From positions 4,774,001-4,838,000 of the forward strand of contig CATNEN010000005.1 in NCBI GenBank assembly GCA_950097015.1: DNA of 64,000 nt. The letters are read 5' to 3'. The translations under genes were made by a program, and so were the position numbers. Of this stretch, positions 51,773-63,200 are shown in pieces. This DNA is from Macrostomum hystrix. Taxonomy: Eukaryota > Animalia > Platyhelminthes. Position 1 is the stretch's first letter; every line of letters starts with the position of its first letter. Below the pieces are notes generated by a model, which saw only the letters and a program-made list of their open reading frames with translations, searched no databases and was not told the DNA's origin.

Positions 51773-51777
51773 ATCTC

Positions 51778-51810
<33 letters not shown>

Positions 51811-51817
51811 ATATCTC

Positions 51818-51856
<39 letters not shown>

Positions 51857-51858
51857 AT

Positions 51859-51890
<32 letters not shown>

Positions 51891-51933
51891 CTATCTCTCT
51901 ATCTATCTCTCTATCTATCTATCTATCTATCTC

Positions 51934-51976
<43 letters not shown>

Positions 51977-51981
51977 ATCTC

Positions 51982-52020
<39 letters not shown>

Positions 52021-52021
52021 C

Positions 52022-52068
<47 letters not shown>

Positions 52069-52073
52069 ATCTC

Positions 52074-52132
<59 letters not shown>

Positions 52133-52133
52133 C

Positions 52134-52228
<95 letters not shown>

Positions 52229-52241
52229 CTCTATCTATCTC

Positions 52242-52284
<43 letters not shown>

Positions 52285-52289
52285 ATCTC

Positions 52290-52328
<39 letters not shown>

Positions 52329-52329
52329 C

Positions 52330-52420
<91 letters not shown>

Positions 52421-52441
52421 CTCTATCTCTCTATCTATCTC

Positions 52442-52480
<39 letters not shown>

Positions 52481-52485
52481 ATCTC

Positions 52486-52568
<83 letters not shown>

Positions 52569-52720
52569 ATCTCTCTATCTATCTATCTATCAATCTATCT
52601 ATCTATCTATATATCTATCTATCTATCTATCTATTTCTCTATCTATCTATCTATCTCTCTATCTATCTATCTCTCTATCTATCTATCTCTCTATCTATCT
52701 ATCTCTCTATCTATCTATCT
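51415..52720. repeat. (ATCT)n / GATA microsatellite, ~1.3 kb
   Basis: Long tetranucleotide tract. The 492-aa ORF 51264..52742 is an artefact. Confidence 0.98.
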
Positions 52721-53331
52721 ATTCAGGTTTCACAGAAAATAGTTCAGGGGTTAGTTGAATTGCGCCAAAAGCAGATTATGGCCAGTTTAAAAAACTGACT
52801 ACTGTACTAGAGCTTTCGTTTTTGCAAATCCCGCTTATCTCGATTATAATTCTTAATACGGGAATGGCTTAGGATCCTCGATATAAACTCCTGTTACACA
52901 GACAATCACGTATCATAAACTACACTGAAGTTATTCCGAAATGCCCGGCAGACACAGAACACTAACTAAACCAACATAAGAATTTGGCAGTAATGAATGA
53001 CAACAGCTGGCGCTATACTGATATTGCCTGCAATACTCTAGCACACCTTGGCCATTGGAATTACAACGCAGTATATAAAAAAGTGTGCTTTACTGTAACA
53101 AAATCCCGATTACTAGATGTAGCACTTGAAAAAAACGATAGCCATTTGAAAATGCTTTAGATTTTTTTCAGTTATATCCAACCAGTAGCCCAAAAACGTA
53201 AAGCATCAATAAAGAATGCGGCTAGTTTGGCATTTAAAAAACTTTACTAACATCTGGTTTAACAAGGTCAACGTCAAATGCTCAACAAGACTTCACCCGG
53301 GTAATCCCTACCTTCAAGATGAATTACAACT

Positions 53332-53592
53332 CACCTGACTTCCTCATCGTCAGGCAGTGTACACTCTCACTGTGCCATGGGGGTTGGCCCTAATGGGTGG
53401 GAACTGCATGACAAGCCCCCAAGCTTTCTCTCACTGTGCCATGGGGGTTGGCCCTAATGGGTGAGAACTGCATGACAAGCCCCCAAGCCTTCTCTCACTG
53501 TGCCATGGGGGTTGGCCCTAATGGGTGAGAACTGCATGATAAGCCCCCTTATCTCCGCGGCTGCGCCCCCAAATGAAAATGGCCTCGCCGTT
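53332..53592 (-). mobile_element. SINE family B fragment with a triplicated ~58-bp internal segment
   Basis: ctctcactgtgccatgggggttggccctaatgggtgagaactgcatgacaagcccccaag occurs three times in tandem. Confidence 0.8.
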
Positions 53593-53856
53593 GCGCGAAA
53601 GTACGCCGCTCAACCCCTCGGCTTTGGAAGTTGTTGGAAAGCCAGCGATAATGCACTAGCCAATCAGAGACAGACATATTCAAGGTCAGAATTTTCTTGG
53701 CCAAAGTCAAGAGGTGAAGATATAAGAATGATTTGACTAGGCTAAAAGTCTTCCCAATTGAACCGTTCGAAATCGACAATTGCAAATTGATAGATGTTGA
53801 CTGCACAATCTCCTAAAATAAATTAGATTTTAATCTGAGTAGTATAAATATTTAAA

Positions 53857-55309
53857 ATGCTCTACGCAGTTGCGGCGAGACCATTGTCATCGACATCCTC
53901 TCACTCACTCGGATATCAGCATCATCAGCCTCCGCAGAGTCACCATCAACATCACCAACAGCAGCAGCAGCAGTCATACCAGGAGCCAGAGCCAGTGCAG
54001 GTGTCGTTGCAGAGGTCAAGCAGTCAAATGTGGGGCTTTCGTCTTCAGGGCGGTTCCGACTACAGAACCCAACTCACCGTTATGAAGGTTGGTGATCTAT
54101 ATCATAATTAATAACCATCATTTATGTACCTTTTATTGGCCACATTTATTTGGGCGCAGCCGCGGAGAGAAGGCTTGGGGGCCTGTGCAATTTACGTCCT
54201 GAGGGCCAACCTCCAAGGCACAATGTGAGTGTACACTGCCTGACGATAAGGAAGTCATGGCAGATGTACACGCCTGTGTGAGTGTGTACCTGCGTACAGT
54301 ATCTGTGTGCGTGTGTGCTCAGGAGTCTGCTTATTTAAATGATGTGCCATTTACCGCAGCCCTTCTGCAATTATTATGAATTATATTTTAATCCAGGTGC
54401 AGCCAGATTCACCAGCTTTCGGCAAGCTCCACTCGGGCGACGCCATCCAGTCAGTCAACGGACAGAAGACTCGGCAGCTCAGCCACTCGCAGGCGTCTAG
54501 CCTCATCAAGGAGTGCGGCAACTCACTCACTCTGATTGTTGTGAAGTGAGTTAAATAGTATTATTGTTATGGACTGGGGGGACGCCACACCCACCCTCAA
54601 TTACCTCCCAGCCTACGCGGAGCTAAAGGTCACAACTTTTTTCGGTGAAGTTGAGATTCGAACCCCCGACCTTCAAGTAATGAGCCCGATGCTCTAACCA
54701 CTAGGCTTCAACCAAATGAGGCTATTTTGCCCATTTCGCTGACTCCTGAGCACGCACGCACACAGATACTGTACGTAGGCACACACTCAGGCACAGTGTA
54801 CACTTCCCGTGCCAAGCGTGTTGACCCTATTTATTAAGATAACATTTTTTAATGTCTTTATTACAAGAAATCTTTGCCATGCAAGTCTCAACGCACCCCT
54901 TAGACTTACTAGATAGCAGTTCAGAGTTTCATAAGCTAGGGCTGGGTTGTCCTTTTAGATAGAACAAGAATGTTGGACTGCAGTCAACTGACAGCTGCTG
55001 TCACGGGCAGGATGGACCTAAAGAAATTCTTGCGCGAAAGAGAGAGAAAGAGAATAAGCAGAAAAAAGGGGAAAGGATGAAAGAAATATCTGGCACACAA
55101 GGAGAATCATAGGTAAGCTAGAAAAGTTGGACATCCGCAAAAATCTTTCTCCCAACAGCCCTAAAACTGTGCGAGTTAGTGTTCAGTCCATCACTCGGTT
55201 GCAAGCCTCACAATGCGCACTGGTGATTTGCAGACAGCCTGGCGGACTGGACGCCTTGGACCATATTCGGCCACAGGGCAAGCCAAAGTTTCAAGCGCCG
55301 AAGAAGTAG
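53857..55309 (+). CDS. Short PDZ-domain protein of the ALP/Enigma (PDLIM/Zasp) type, no LIM domain found
   Basis: Exons 53857-54087, 54397-54545, 55234-55309 are in phase. MWGFRLQGGSDYRTQLTVMK|VQPDSPAFGKLHSGDAIQSVNG matches the WGFRLQGG..GD.I..I.G PDZ type. The start codon is uncertain because an acceptor-like tctacgcag lies just downstream. Confidence 0.8.
54138..54378 (+). mobile_element. SINE family B, 5'-truncated, filling PDZ-gene intron 1
   Basis: Body and 3' end match family B. The tail ends about 15 nt before the splice acceptor. Confidence 0.82.
54569..54800 (-). mobile_element. Adjacent SINE A (54569-54712) and SINE B (54727-54800) fragments in PDZ-gene intron 2
   Basis: atggactggggggacgccacacc..ttcgaacccccgaccttcaag (A); gctgactcctgagcacgcacgcacacagatac (B). 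Confidence 0.72.
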
Positions 55310-55767
55310 AAGAAGTTGGAACTTCGCGTTGCTGCCGGAAGTTTAAGAAACAGAATTTCAATAACTAATGCAATCGATTTTATTGTGAAATAATTCATGT
55401 GTAAATTGTATTTCTTATTTTGTTTGATCAATTTACCGAATTCAGAAATTGGATTAGAATACACTTGAAAACTCCTCGCTGTAGTTACAAATGATCCTGT
55501 ATGAAGCGTTTTCGAATGATTATGCATGCACTACTAGCTTGAGTAGTAGCATGGGTTCTTTTTAGTTAGCTTGATTTCGCTTCGAGGCCAAATTAATTTT
55601 TAATGAGCTTCTCTTTCATTCACGACTATGTCGAATACCGAAACCCTTGAGGCACAGTGAGAGTGTACTCTGCCCAACGGTCAGAAAGTCAGGGTAGATG
55701 TACACACCTGCTTAAGTGTGGGTCTGTGTACGTATTTGTTTGCTGAGTACCAGGTCTTTGTAAAATT

Positions 55768-57590
55768 GGTCTGTCTAACAGGTGATTGGTCAGTCTAACA
55801 GGTGATTGGTCTGTCTAACAGGTGATTGGTCAGTCTAACAGGTGATTGGTCAGTCTAACAGGTGATTGGTCAGTCTAACAGGTGATTGGTCAGTCTAACA
55901 GGTGATTGGTCTGTCTAACAGGTGATTGCTCTGTCTAACAGGTGATTGGTCAGTCTAAAAGGTGATTGGTCAGTCTAACAGGTGATTGGTCAGTCTAAAA
56001 GGTGATTGGTCAGTCTAACACAGGGGTAGGCAAACTTATTTGCCGGCGGGCCAAAGAGAGAACCTAAAAGACGACAGCGGGCCGCATTGACTGTATAAAT
56101 ATGAGATAGGGGAGAGATGAGACACGGGAGAGATTAGACACGGGAGAGATTAGACACGGGAGAGATAAGACACGGGAGATATAAGACACGAGAGATATAA
56201 GACAGGGGAGAGATGAGACACAGGAGAGATGAGACACGAGAGCGATGAGACACAGGAGAGATTAGACACGGGAGAGATGAGACACAGGAGAGATTAGACA
56301 CGAGAGAGATGAAACAGGACACTGTAGATGTCAGAAGGGGCAACGGGCCGGATTTGGGAGCTTCGAGGGCCGCATCTGGCCCGCGGGCCGGAGTTTGCCG
56401 ACCCCTGGTCTAACAGGTGATTGGTCTGTCTAACAGGTGATTGGTCAGTCTAACAGGTGATTCGTCAGTCTAACAGGTGATTGGTCAGTCTAACAGGTGA
56501 TTGGTCAGTCTAACAGGTGATTGGTCTGTCTAACAGGTGATTGCTCTGTCTAACAGGTGATTGGTCAGTCTAACAGTTGATTGGTCAGTCTAACAGGTGA
56601 TTGGTCTGTCTAAAAGGTGATTGGTCTGTCTAAAAGGTGATTGGTCAGTCTAACAGGTGATTCGTCAGTCTAACAGGTGATTGGTCTGTCTAACAGGTGA
56701 TTGGTCAGTCTAACAGGTGATTGGTCTGTCTAACAGGTGATTGGTCTGTCTAACAGGTGATTGCTCAGTCTAACAGGTGATTGGTCAGTCTAACAGGTGA
56801 TTGGTCTGTCTAAAAGGTGATTGGTCAGTCTAACAGGTGATTCGTCAGTCTAACAGGTGATTGGTCTGTCTAACAGGTGATTGGTCAGTCTAACAGGTGA
56901 TTGGTCTGTCTAACAGGTGATTGGTCAGTCTAACAGGTGATTGGTCTGTCTAAAAGGTGATTGGTCAGTCTAACAGGTGATTCGTCAGTCTAACAGGTGA
57001 TTGGTCTGTCTAACAGGTGATTGGTCAGTCTAACAGGTGATTGGTCTGTCTAACAGGTGATTGGTCAGTCTAACAGGTGATTGGTCTGTCTAAAAGGTGA
57101 TTGGTCAGTCTAACAGGTGATTCGTCAGTCTAACAGGTGATTGGTCTGTCTAACAGGTGATTGGTCAGTCTAACAGGTGATTGGTCAGTCTAACAGGTGA
57201 TTCGTCAGTCTAACAGGTGATTGGTCTGTCTAACAGGTAGTATTCCTGTCTAACAGGTAGTATTCCTGTCTAACAGGTAGTATTCCTGTCTGACAGGTAG
57301 TATCCCTGTCTAACAGGTAGTATCCATGTCTAACAAGTACTATTCCTGTCTAACAGGTAGTACTCGTATTCCTGTCTAACAGGTAGTACTCGTATTCCTG
57401 TCTAACAGGTAGTATTCCTGTCTAACAGGTAGTATCCATGTCTAACAAGTACTATTCCTGTCTAATAGGTAGTATTCCTGTCCAACTGTAGTATTCCTGT
57501 CTAACAGGTGATATCCCAATCGGACAGGTGATATCCCAATCTGACCGGTAATATCCCAATCTAACAGGTGGTATTACAATCTAATAGGTG
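55768..57590. repeat. 20-bp minisatellite (gtgattggtcagtctaacag)n grading into (gtagtattcctgtctaacag)n
   Basis: Tandem units between the PDZ and M13 gene 3' ends, interrupted by a MITE. Confidence 0.95.
56021..56407. mobile_element. hAT (Charlie-like) MITE with 15-bp TIRs and an 8-bp TSD
   Basis: CAGGGGTAGGCAAAC ... GTTTGCCGACCCCTG (one mismatch); gtctaaca at 56013-56020 and 56408-56415; internal gggcc subterminal motifs typical of hAT elements. Confidence 0.92.
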
Positions 57591-58005
57591 ATGGTTCATT
57601 AGTCATTATAAAGTGTTTTGAAAGTCGGCGGGTCTATTTTTAGAGAAATTAATGACAACAAATGAAACGGAACCGCACTGCACATAGGATATTTAAGGAA
57701 TCAGAAGATTAAGATTAGCTAGTATGTTTACAGCTAATGCTTGTACTCGAATGATCAATAAACAACAATTTATAATTTCCGGTTACAATATTCAAATAGT
57801 TCTACTGTAAGTAGAGTCGATTATTATAACAAGCAAAATAGGATTGCTTCAGGCGAATTGATGATATTAAATAGCTGGGAATGAAGTGTTGCATTGGCAG
57901 CAGCAAATTTTTTGCATTGCAATTTTATAACAAATGGACAAAATATTTTCATAAAAGCGAATACAAAAACTTATTTAACAGTATTTTTTTCAACTCGAAA
58001 CGAAC

Positions 58006-60176
58006 TCAAGGGTGACAGACGGCTGCTCGCCTCTGAGTCAATCCGCACCCGAATGCCTCGCCAAAGTCTGACAGACCTTGAACTGCCAGTTCGACTCTGA
58101 GAATTGGTGGATGGAGAGTTGATGGATGGGTTCTGTCAGTTGATGAATGGGTTCTGTCAGTTGATGGATTGGTTCTGTCAGTTGATGGATGGGTTCTGTC
58201 AGTTGATGGATGGGTTCTGCCAGTTGATGAATGGTTCTGTCAGTTGATGGATGGGTTCTGTCAGTTGATGGATGGGTTCTGTCAGTTGATGGACGGTTCT
58301 GTCAGTTGATGGATGGGTTCTGTCAGTTGATGGACGGTTCTGTCAGTTGATGGATGGGTTCTGTCAGTTGATGGACGGTTCTGTCAGTTGATGGATGGGT
58401 TCTGTCAGTTGATGGATGGGTTCTGCCAGTTGATGAATGGTTCTGTCAGTTGATGGATGGGTTCTGTCAGTTGATGGACGGTTCTGTCAGTTGATGGATG
58501 GGTTCTGTCAGTTGATGGATGCGTTCTGCCAGTTGATGAATGGTTCTGTCAGTTGATGGATGGGTTCTGTCAGTTGATGGACGGTTCTGTCAGTTGATGG
58601 ATGGGTTCTGTCAGTTGATGGATGGGTTCTGTCAGTTGATGGATGGGTTCTGTCAGTTGATGGATGGGTTCTGCCAGTTGATGGACGGTTCTGTCAGTTG
58701 AAGGATGGGTTCTGTCAGTTGATGGATGGGTTCTGTCAGTTGATGGATGGGTTCTGCCAGTTGATGGATGGGTTCTGTCAGTTGATGGATGGGTTCTGTC
58801 AGTTGATGAATGGTTCTGTCAGTTGATGGATGGTTCTGTCAGTTGATGGATGGGTTCTGTCAGTTGATGAATGGTTCTGTCAGTTGATGGATGGTTCTGT
58901 CAGTTGATGTAAGGGTTCTGTCAGTTGATGGATGGTTCTGTCAGTTGATGGACGGTTCTGTCAGTTGAAGGATGGGTTCTGTCAGTTGATGGATGGGTTC
59001 TGTCAGTTGATGGATGGGTTCTGTCAGTTGATGGATTGGTTCTGTCAGTTGATGGATGGGTTCTGTCAGTTGATGGATGGGTTCTGCCAGTTGATGAATG
59101 GTTCTGTCAGTTGATGGATGGGTTCTGTCAGTTGATGGATGGGTTCTGTCAGTTGATGGATGGGTTCTGTCAGTTGATGGACGGGTTCTGTCAGTTGATG
59201 GATGGTTCTGTCAGTTGATGGACGGGTTCTGTCAGTTGATGGATGGTTCTGTCAGTTGATGGATGGTTCTGTCAGTTGATGGATGGTTCTGTCAGTTGAT
59301 GGATGGGTTCTGTCAGTTGATGGATGGTTCTGTCAGTTGATGGATGGTTCTGTCAGTTGATGAATGGTTCTGTCAGTTGATGGATGGGTTCTGACAGTTG
59401 ATGGATGGGTTCTGTCAGTTGATGGATGGTTCTGTCAGTTGATGGATGGTTCTGTCAGTTGATGGATGGTTCTGACAGTTGATGGATGGGTTCTGTCAGT
59501 TGATGGATGGTTCTGTCAGTTGATGGATGGGTTCTGACAGTTGATGGATGGGTTCTGTCAGTTGATGGATGGTTCTGACAGTTGATTGATGGTTCTGTCA
59601 GTTGATGTATGGTTCTGTCAGTTGATGGATGGGTTCTGACAGTTGATGGATGGGTTCTGTCAGTTGATGGATGGTTCTGTCAGTTGATGGATGGTTCTGT
59701 CAGTTGATGGATGGTTCTGACAGTTGATGGATGGGTTCTGTCAGTTGATGGATGGTTCTGTCAGTTGATGGATGGGTTCTGTCAGTTGATGGATGGTTCT
59801 GACAGTTGATTGATGGTTCTGTCAGTTGATTGATGGGTTCTGTCAGTTATTCGATGATTATTCCTACCTGGATTTAAGCGGAACATAGGATCTTTGAAGT
59901 CTGGCCCTCAGTTCTGGTCTCTCAGTACCACAGTGACTCTGTAAAATGATGCATGAAATTTTAAGAAAATCCTGATTTTAGGAAAAACAAGTTTATAAAT
60001 GGTGCCTTTACCTGAGCGAATGCCATGAAGACCAGCTGATGAGGCGCATAGCTGACTGTTGGAAGGCCGAGTGGCATATCGGAGCGTCTAGTGAGGTGCG
60101 TCCGGTGTGCCAGGTTTGCCACCCTCAGACCCCACGCAAAGGCGAAGGCTTCACGAATAGCCGACCTTGATGTGGA
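58006..60176 (-). CDS. M13 family (neprilysin/ECE-like) protein, last three exons only
   Basis: Exons 60012-60176, 59868-59938, 58006-58096 give ..LGLPTVSYAPHQLVFMAFAQSHCGTERPE..SYVPLKSRVELAVQGLSDFGEAFGC.., matching recalled neprilysin LPGL..[42 protein letters not shown]. Upstream exons were not found; they probably lie beyond the window. Confidence 0.8.
58118..59847. repeat. 20/21-bp minisatellite (gggttctgtcagttgatggat)n, last intron of the M13 gene
   Basis: Fills almost the whole intron 58097-59867. Confidence 0.96.
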
Positions 60177-60214
60177 CTAAATGGTTTTTTGGGAGTTCTC
60201 GGATGCTGAACTCC

Positions 60215-63200
60215 TGCTGCGATTCTAGCTTTGCCTCTCTTGCTGCGATTCTAGCTTTGCCTCTCTTGCTGAGATTCTAGCTTTGCCTCTCTTGCTGAGA
60301 TTCTAGCTTTGCCTCTCTTGCTGCGATTCTAGCTTTGCCTCTCTTGCTGCGATTCTAGCTTTGCCTCTCTTGCTGCGATTCTAGCTTTGCCTCTCTTGCT
60401 GAGATTCTAGCTTTGCCTCTCTTGCTGCGATTCTTGCTTTGCCTCTCTTGCTGAGATTCTAGCTTTGTCTCTCTTGCTGCGATTCTAGCTTTGCCTCTCT
60501 TGCTGCGATTCTAGCTTTGCCTCTCTTGCTGCGATTCTAGCTTTGCCTCTCTTGCTGAGATTCTAGCTTTGCCTCTCTTGCTGAGATTCTAGCTTTGTCT
60601 CTCTTGCTGCGATTCTAGCTTTGCCTCTCTTGCTGCGATTCTAGCTTTGCCTCTCTTGCTGCGATTCTAGCTTTGTCCCTCTTGCTGCGATTCTAGCTTT
60701 GTCTCTCTTGCTGCGATTCTAGCTTTGTCTCTCTTGCTGCGATTCTAGCTTTGTCTCTCTTGCTGCGATTCTAGCTTTGCCTCTCTTGCTGCGATTCTAG
60801 CTTTGCCTCTCTTGCTGCGATTCTAGCTTTTTCCCTCTTACTGCGATTCTAGCTTTGTCTCTCTTGCTGCGATTCTAGTTTTGTCCCTCTTGATGTGATT
60901 CTAGCTTTCTCTCTCTTGCTGCGATTCTAGCTTTGTCCCTCTTGCTGCGATTCTAGCTTTGTCTCTCTTGCTGCGATTCTAGCTTTGTCTCTCTTGCTGC
61001 GATTCTAGCTTGTCTCTCTTGCTGCGATTCTAGCTTTGCCTCTCTTGCTGCGATTCTAGCTTTTTCCCTCTTACTGCGATTCTAGCTTTGTCTCTCTTGC
61101 TGCGATTCTAGCTTTGCCTCTCTTGCTGCGATTCTAGCTTTGCCTCTCTTGCTGCGATTCTAGCTTTTTCCCTCTTACTGCGATTCTAGCTTTGTCTCTC
61201 TTGCTGCGATTCTAGTTTTGTCCCTCTTGATGTGATTCTAGCTTTCTCTCTCTTGCTGCGATTCTAGCTTTGTCCCTCTTGCTGCGATTCTAGCTTTGTC
61301 TCTCTTGCTGCGATTCTAGCTTTGTCTCTCTTGCTGCGATTCTAGCTTGTCTCTCTTGCTGCGATTCTAGCTTTGCCTCTCTTGCTGCGATTCTAGCTTT
61401 TTCCCTCTTACTGCGATTCTAGCTTTGTCTCTCTTGCTGCGATTCTAGTTTTGTCCCTCTTGATGTGATTCTAGCTTTCTCTCTCTTGCTGCGATTCTAG
61501 CTTTGCCTCTCTTGCTGCGATTCTAGCTTTGTCTCTCTTGCTGCGATTCTAGCTTTGCCTCTCTTGCTGCGATTCTAGCTTTGTCCCTCTTGCTGCGATT
61601 CTAGCTTTGCTTCTCTTGCTGCGATTCTAGCTTTGCCTCTCTTGCTGAGATTCTAGCTTTGTCTCTCTTGCTGCGATTCTAGCTTTGTCTCTCTTGCTGC
61701 GATACTAGCTATGTCTCTCTTGCTGCGATTCTAGCTTTGTCTCTTGCTGCGATTCTAGCTTTGCTTCTCTTGCTGCGATTCTAGCTTTGCCTCTCTTGCT
61801 GCGATTCTAGCTTTGCCTCTCTTGCTGCGATTCTAGCTTTGCCTCTCTTGCTGCGATTCAAGCTTTGTCTCTCTTGCTGCGATTCTAGCTTTGTCTCTCT
61901 TGCTGCGATTCTAGCTTTGTCTCTCTTGCTGCGATTCTAGCTTTGCCTCTTATGCTGCGATTCTAGCTTTGTCTCTCTTGCTGCGATTCTAGCTTTGCCT
62001 CTCTTGCTGCGATTCTAGCTTTGCCTCTCTTGCTGCGATTCTAGCTTTGCCTCTCTTGCTGCGATTCTAGCTTTGTCTCTCTTGCTGCGATTCTAGCTTT
62101 GTCTCTCTTGCTGCGATTCTAGCTTTGTCTCTCTTGCTGCGATTCTAGCTTTGCCTCTCTTGCTGCGATTCTAGCTTTGTCTCTCTTGCTGCGATTCTAG
62201 CTTTGCCTCTCTTGCTTGGATTCTATCTTTGTCTCTTTTGCTGCGATTCTAGCTTTGCCTCTCTTGCTGAGATTCTAGCTTTGCCTCTCTTGCTGAGATT
62301 CTAGCTTTGTCTCTCTTGCTGCGATTCTAGCTTTGCCTCTCTTGCTGCGATTCTAGCTTTGTCTCTCTTGCTGCGATTCTAGCTCTGCCTCTTATGCTGC
62401 GATTCTAGCTTTGTCTCTCTTGCTGCGATTCTAGCTTTGCCTCTCTTGCTGCGATTCTAGCTTTGCCTCTCTTGCTGAGATTCTAGCTTTGTCTCTCTTG
62501 CTGCGATTCTAGCTTTGTCTCTCTTGCTGCGATTCTAGCTTTGCCTCTTTTGCTGCGATTCTAGCTTTGTCTCTCTTGCTGCGATTCTAGCTTTGCCTCT
62601 CTTGCTGCGATTCTAGCTTTGCCTCTCTTGCTGAGATTCTAGCTTTGCCTCTCTTGCTAAGATTCTAGCTTTGCCTCTCTTGCTGCAATTCTAGCTTTGC
62701 TTCTCTTGCTGCGATTCTAGCTTTGCCTCTCTTGCTGCGATTCTAGCTTTGCCTCTCTTGCTGCGATTCTAGCTTTGCCTCTTATGCTGCGATTCTAGCT
62801 TTGTCTCTCTTGCTGCGATTCTAGCTTTGCCTCTCTTGCTAAGTTTCTAGCTTTGCCTCTCTTGCTGAGATTCTAGCTTTGTCTCTCTTGCTGCGATTCT
62901 AGCTTTGTCTCTCTTGCTGCGATTCTAGCTTTGTCTCTCTTGCTGCGATTCTAGCTTTGTCTCTCTTGCTGCGATTCTAGCTTTGCCTCTTTTGCTGCGA
63001 TTCTAGCTTTGTCTCTCTTGCTGCGATTCTAGCTTTGCCTCTCTTGCTGCGATTCTAGCTTTGCCTCTCTTGCTGAGATTCTAGCTTTGCCTCTCTTGCT
63101 AAGATTCCTAGCTTTGCCTCTCTTGCTGCAATTCTAGCTTTGCTTCTCTTGCTGCGATTCTAGCTTTGCCTCTCTTGCTGCGATTCTAGCTTTGCCTCTC

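Noticed and set aside
51264-52742. 492-aa ORF (SIYL repeats)
   Set aside because: Translation of an (ATCT)n microsatellite.
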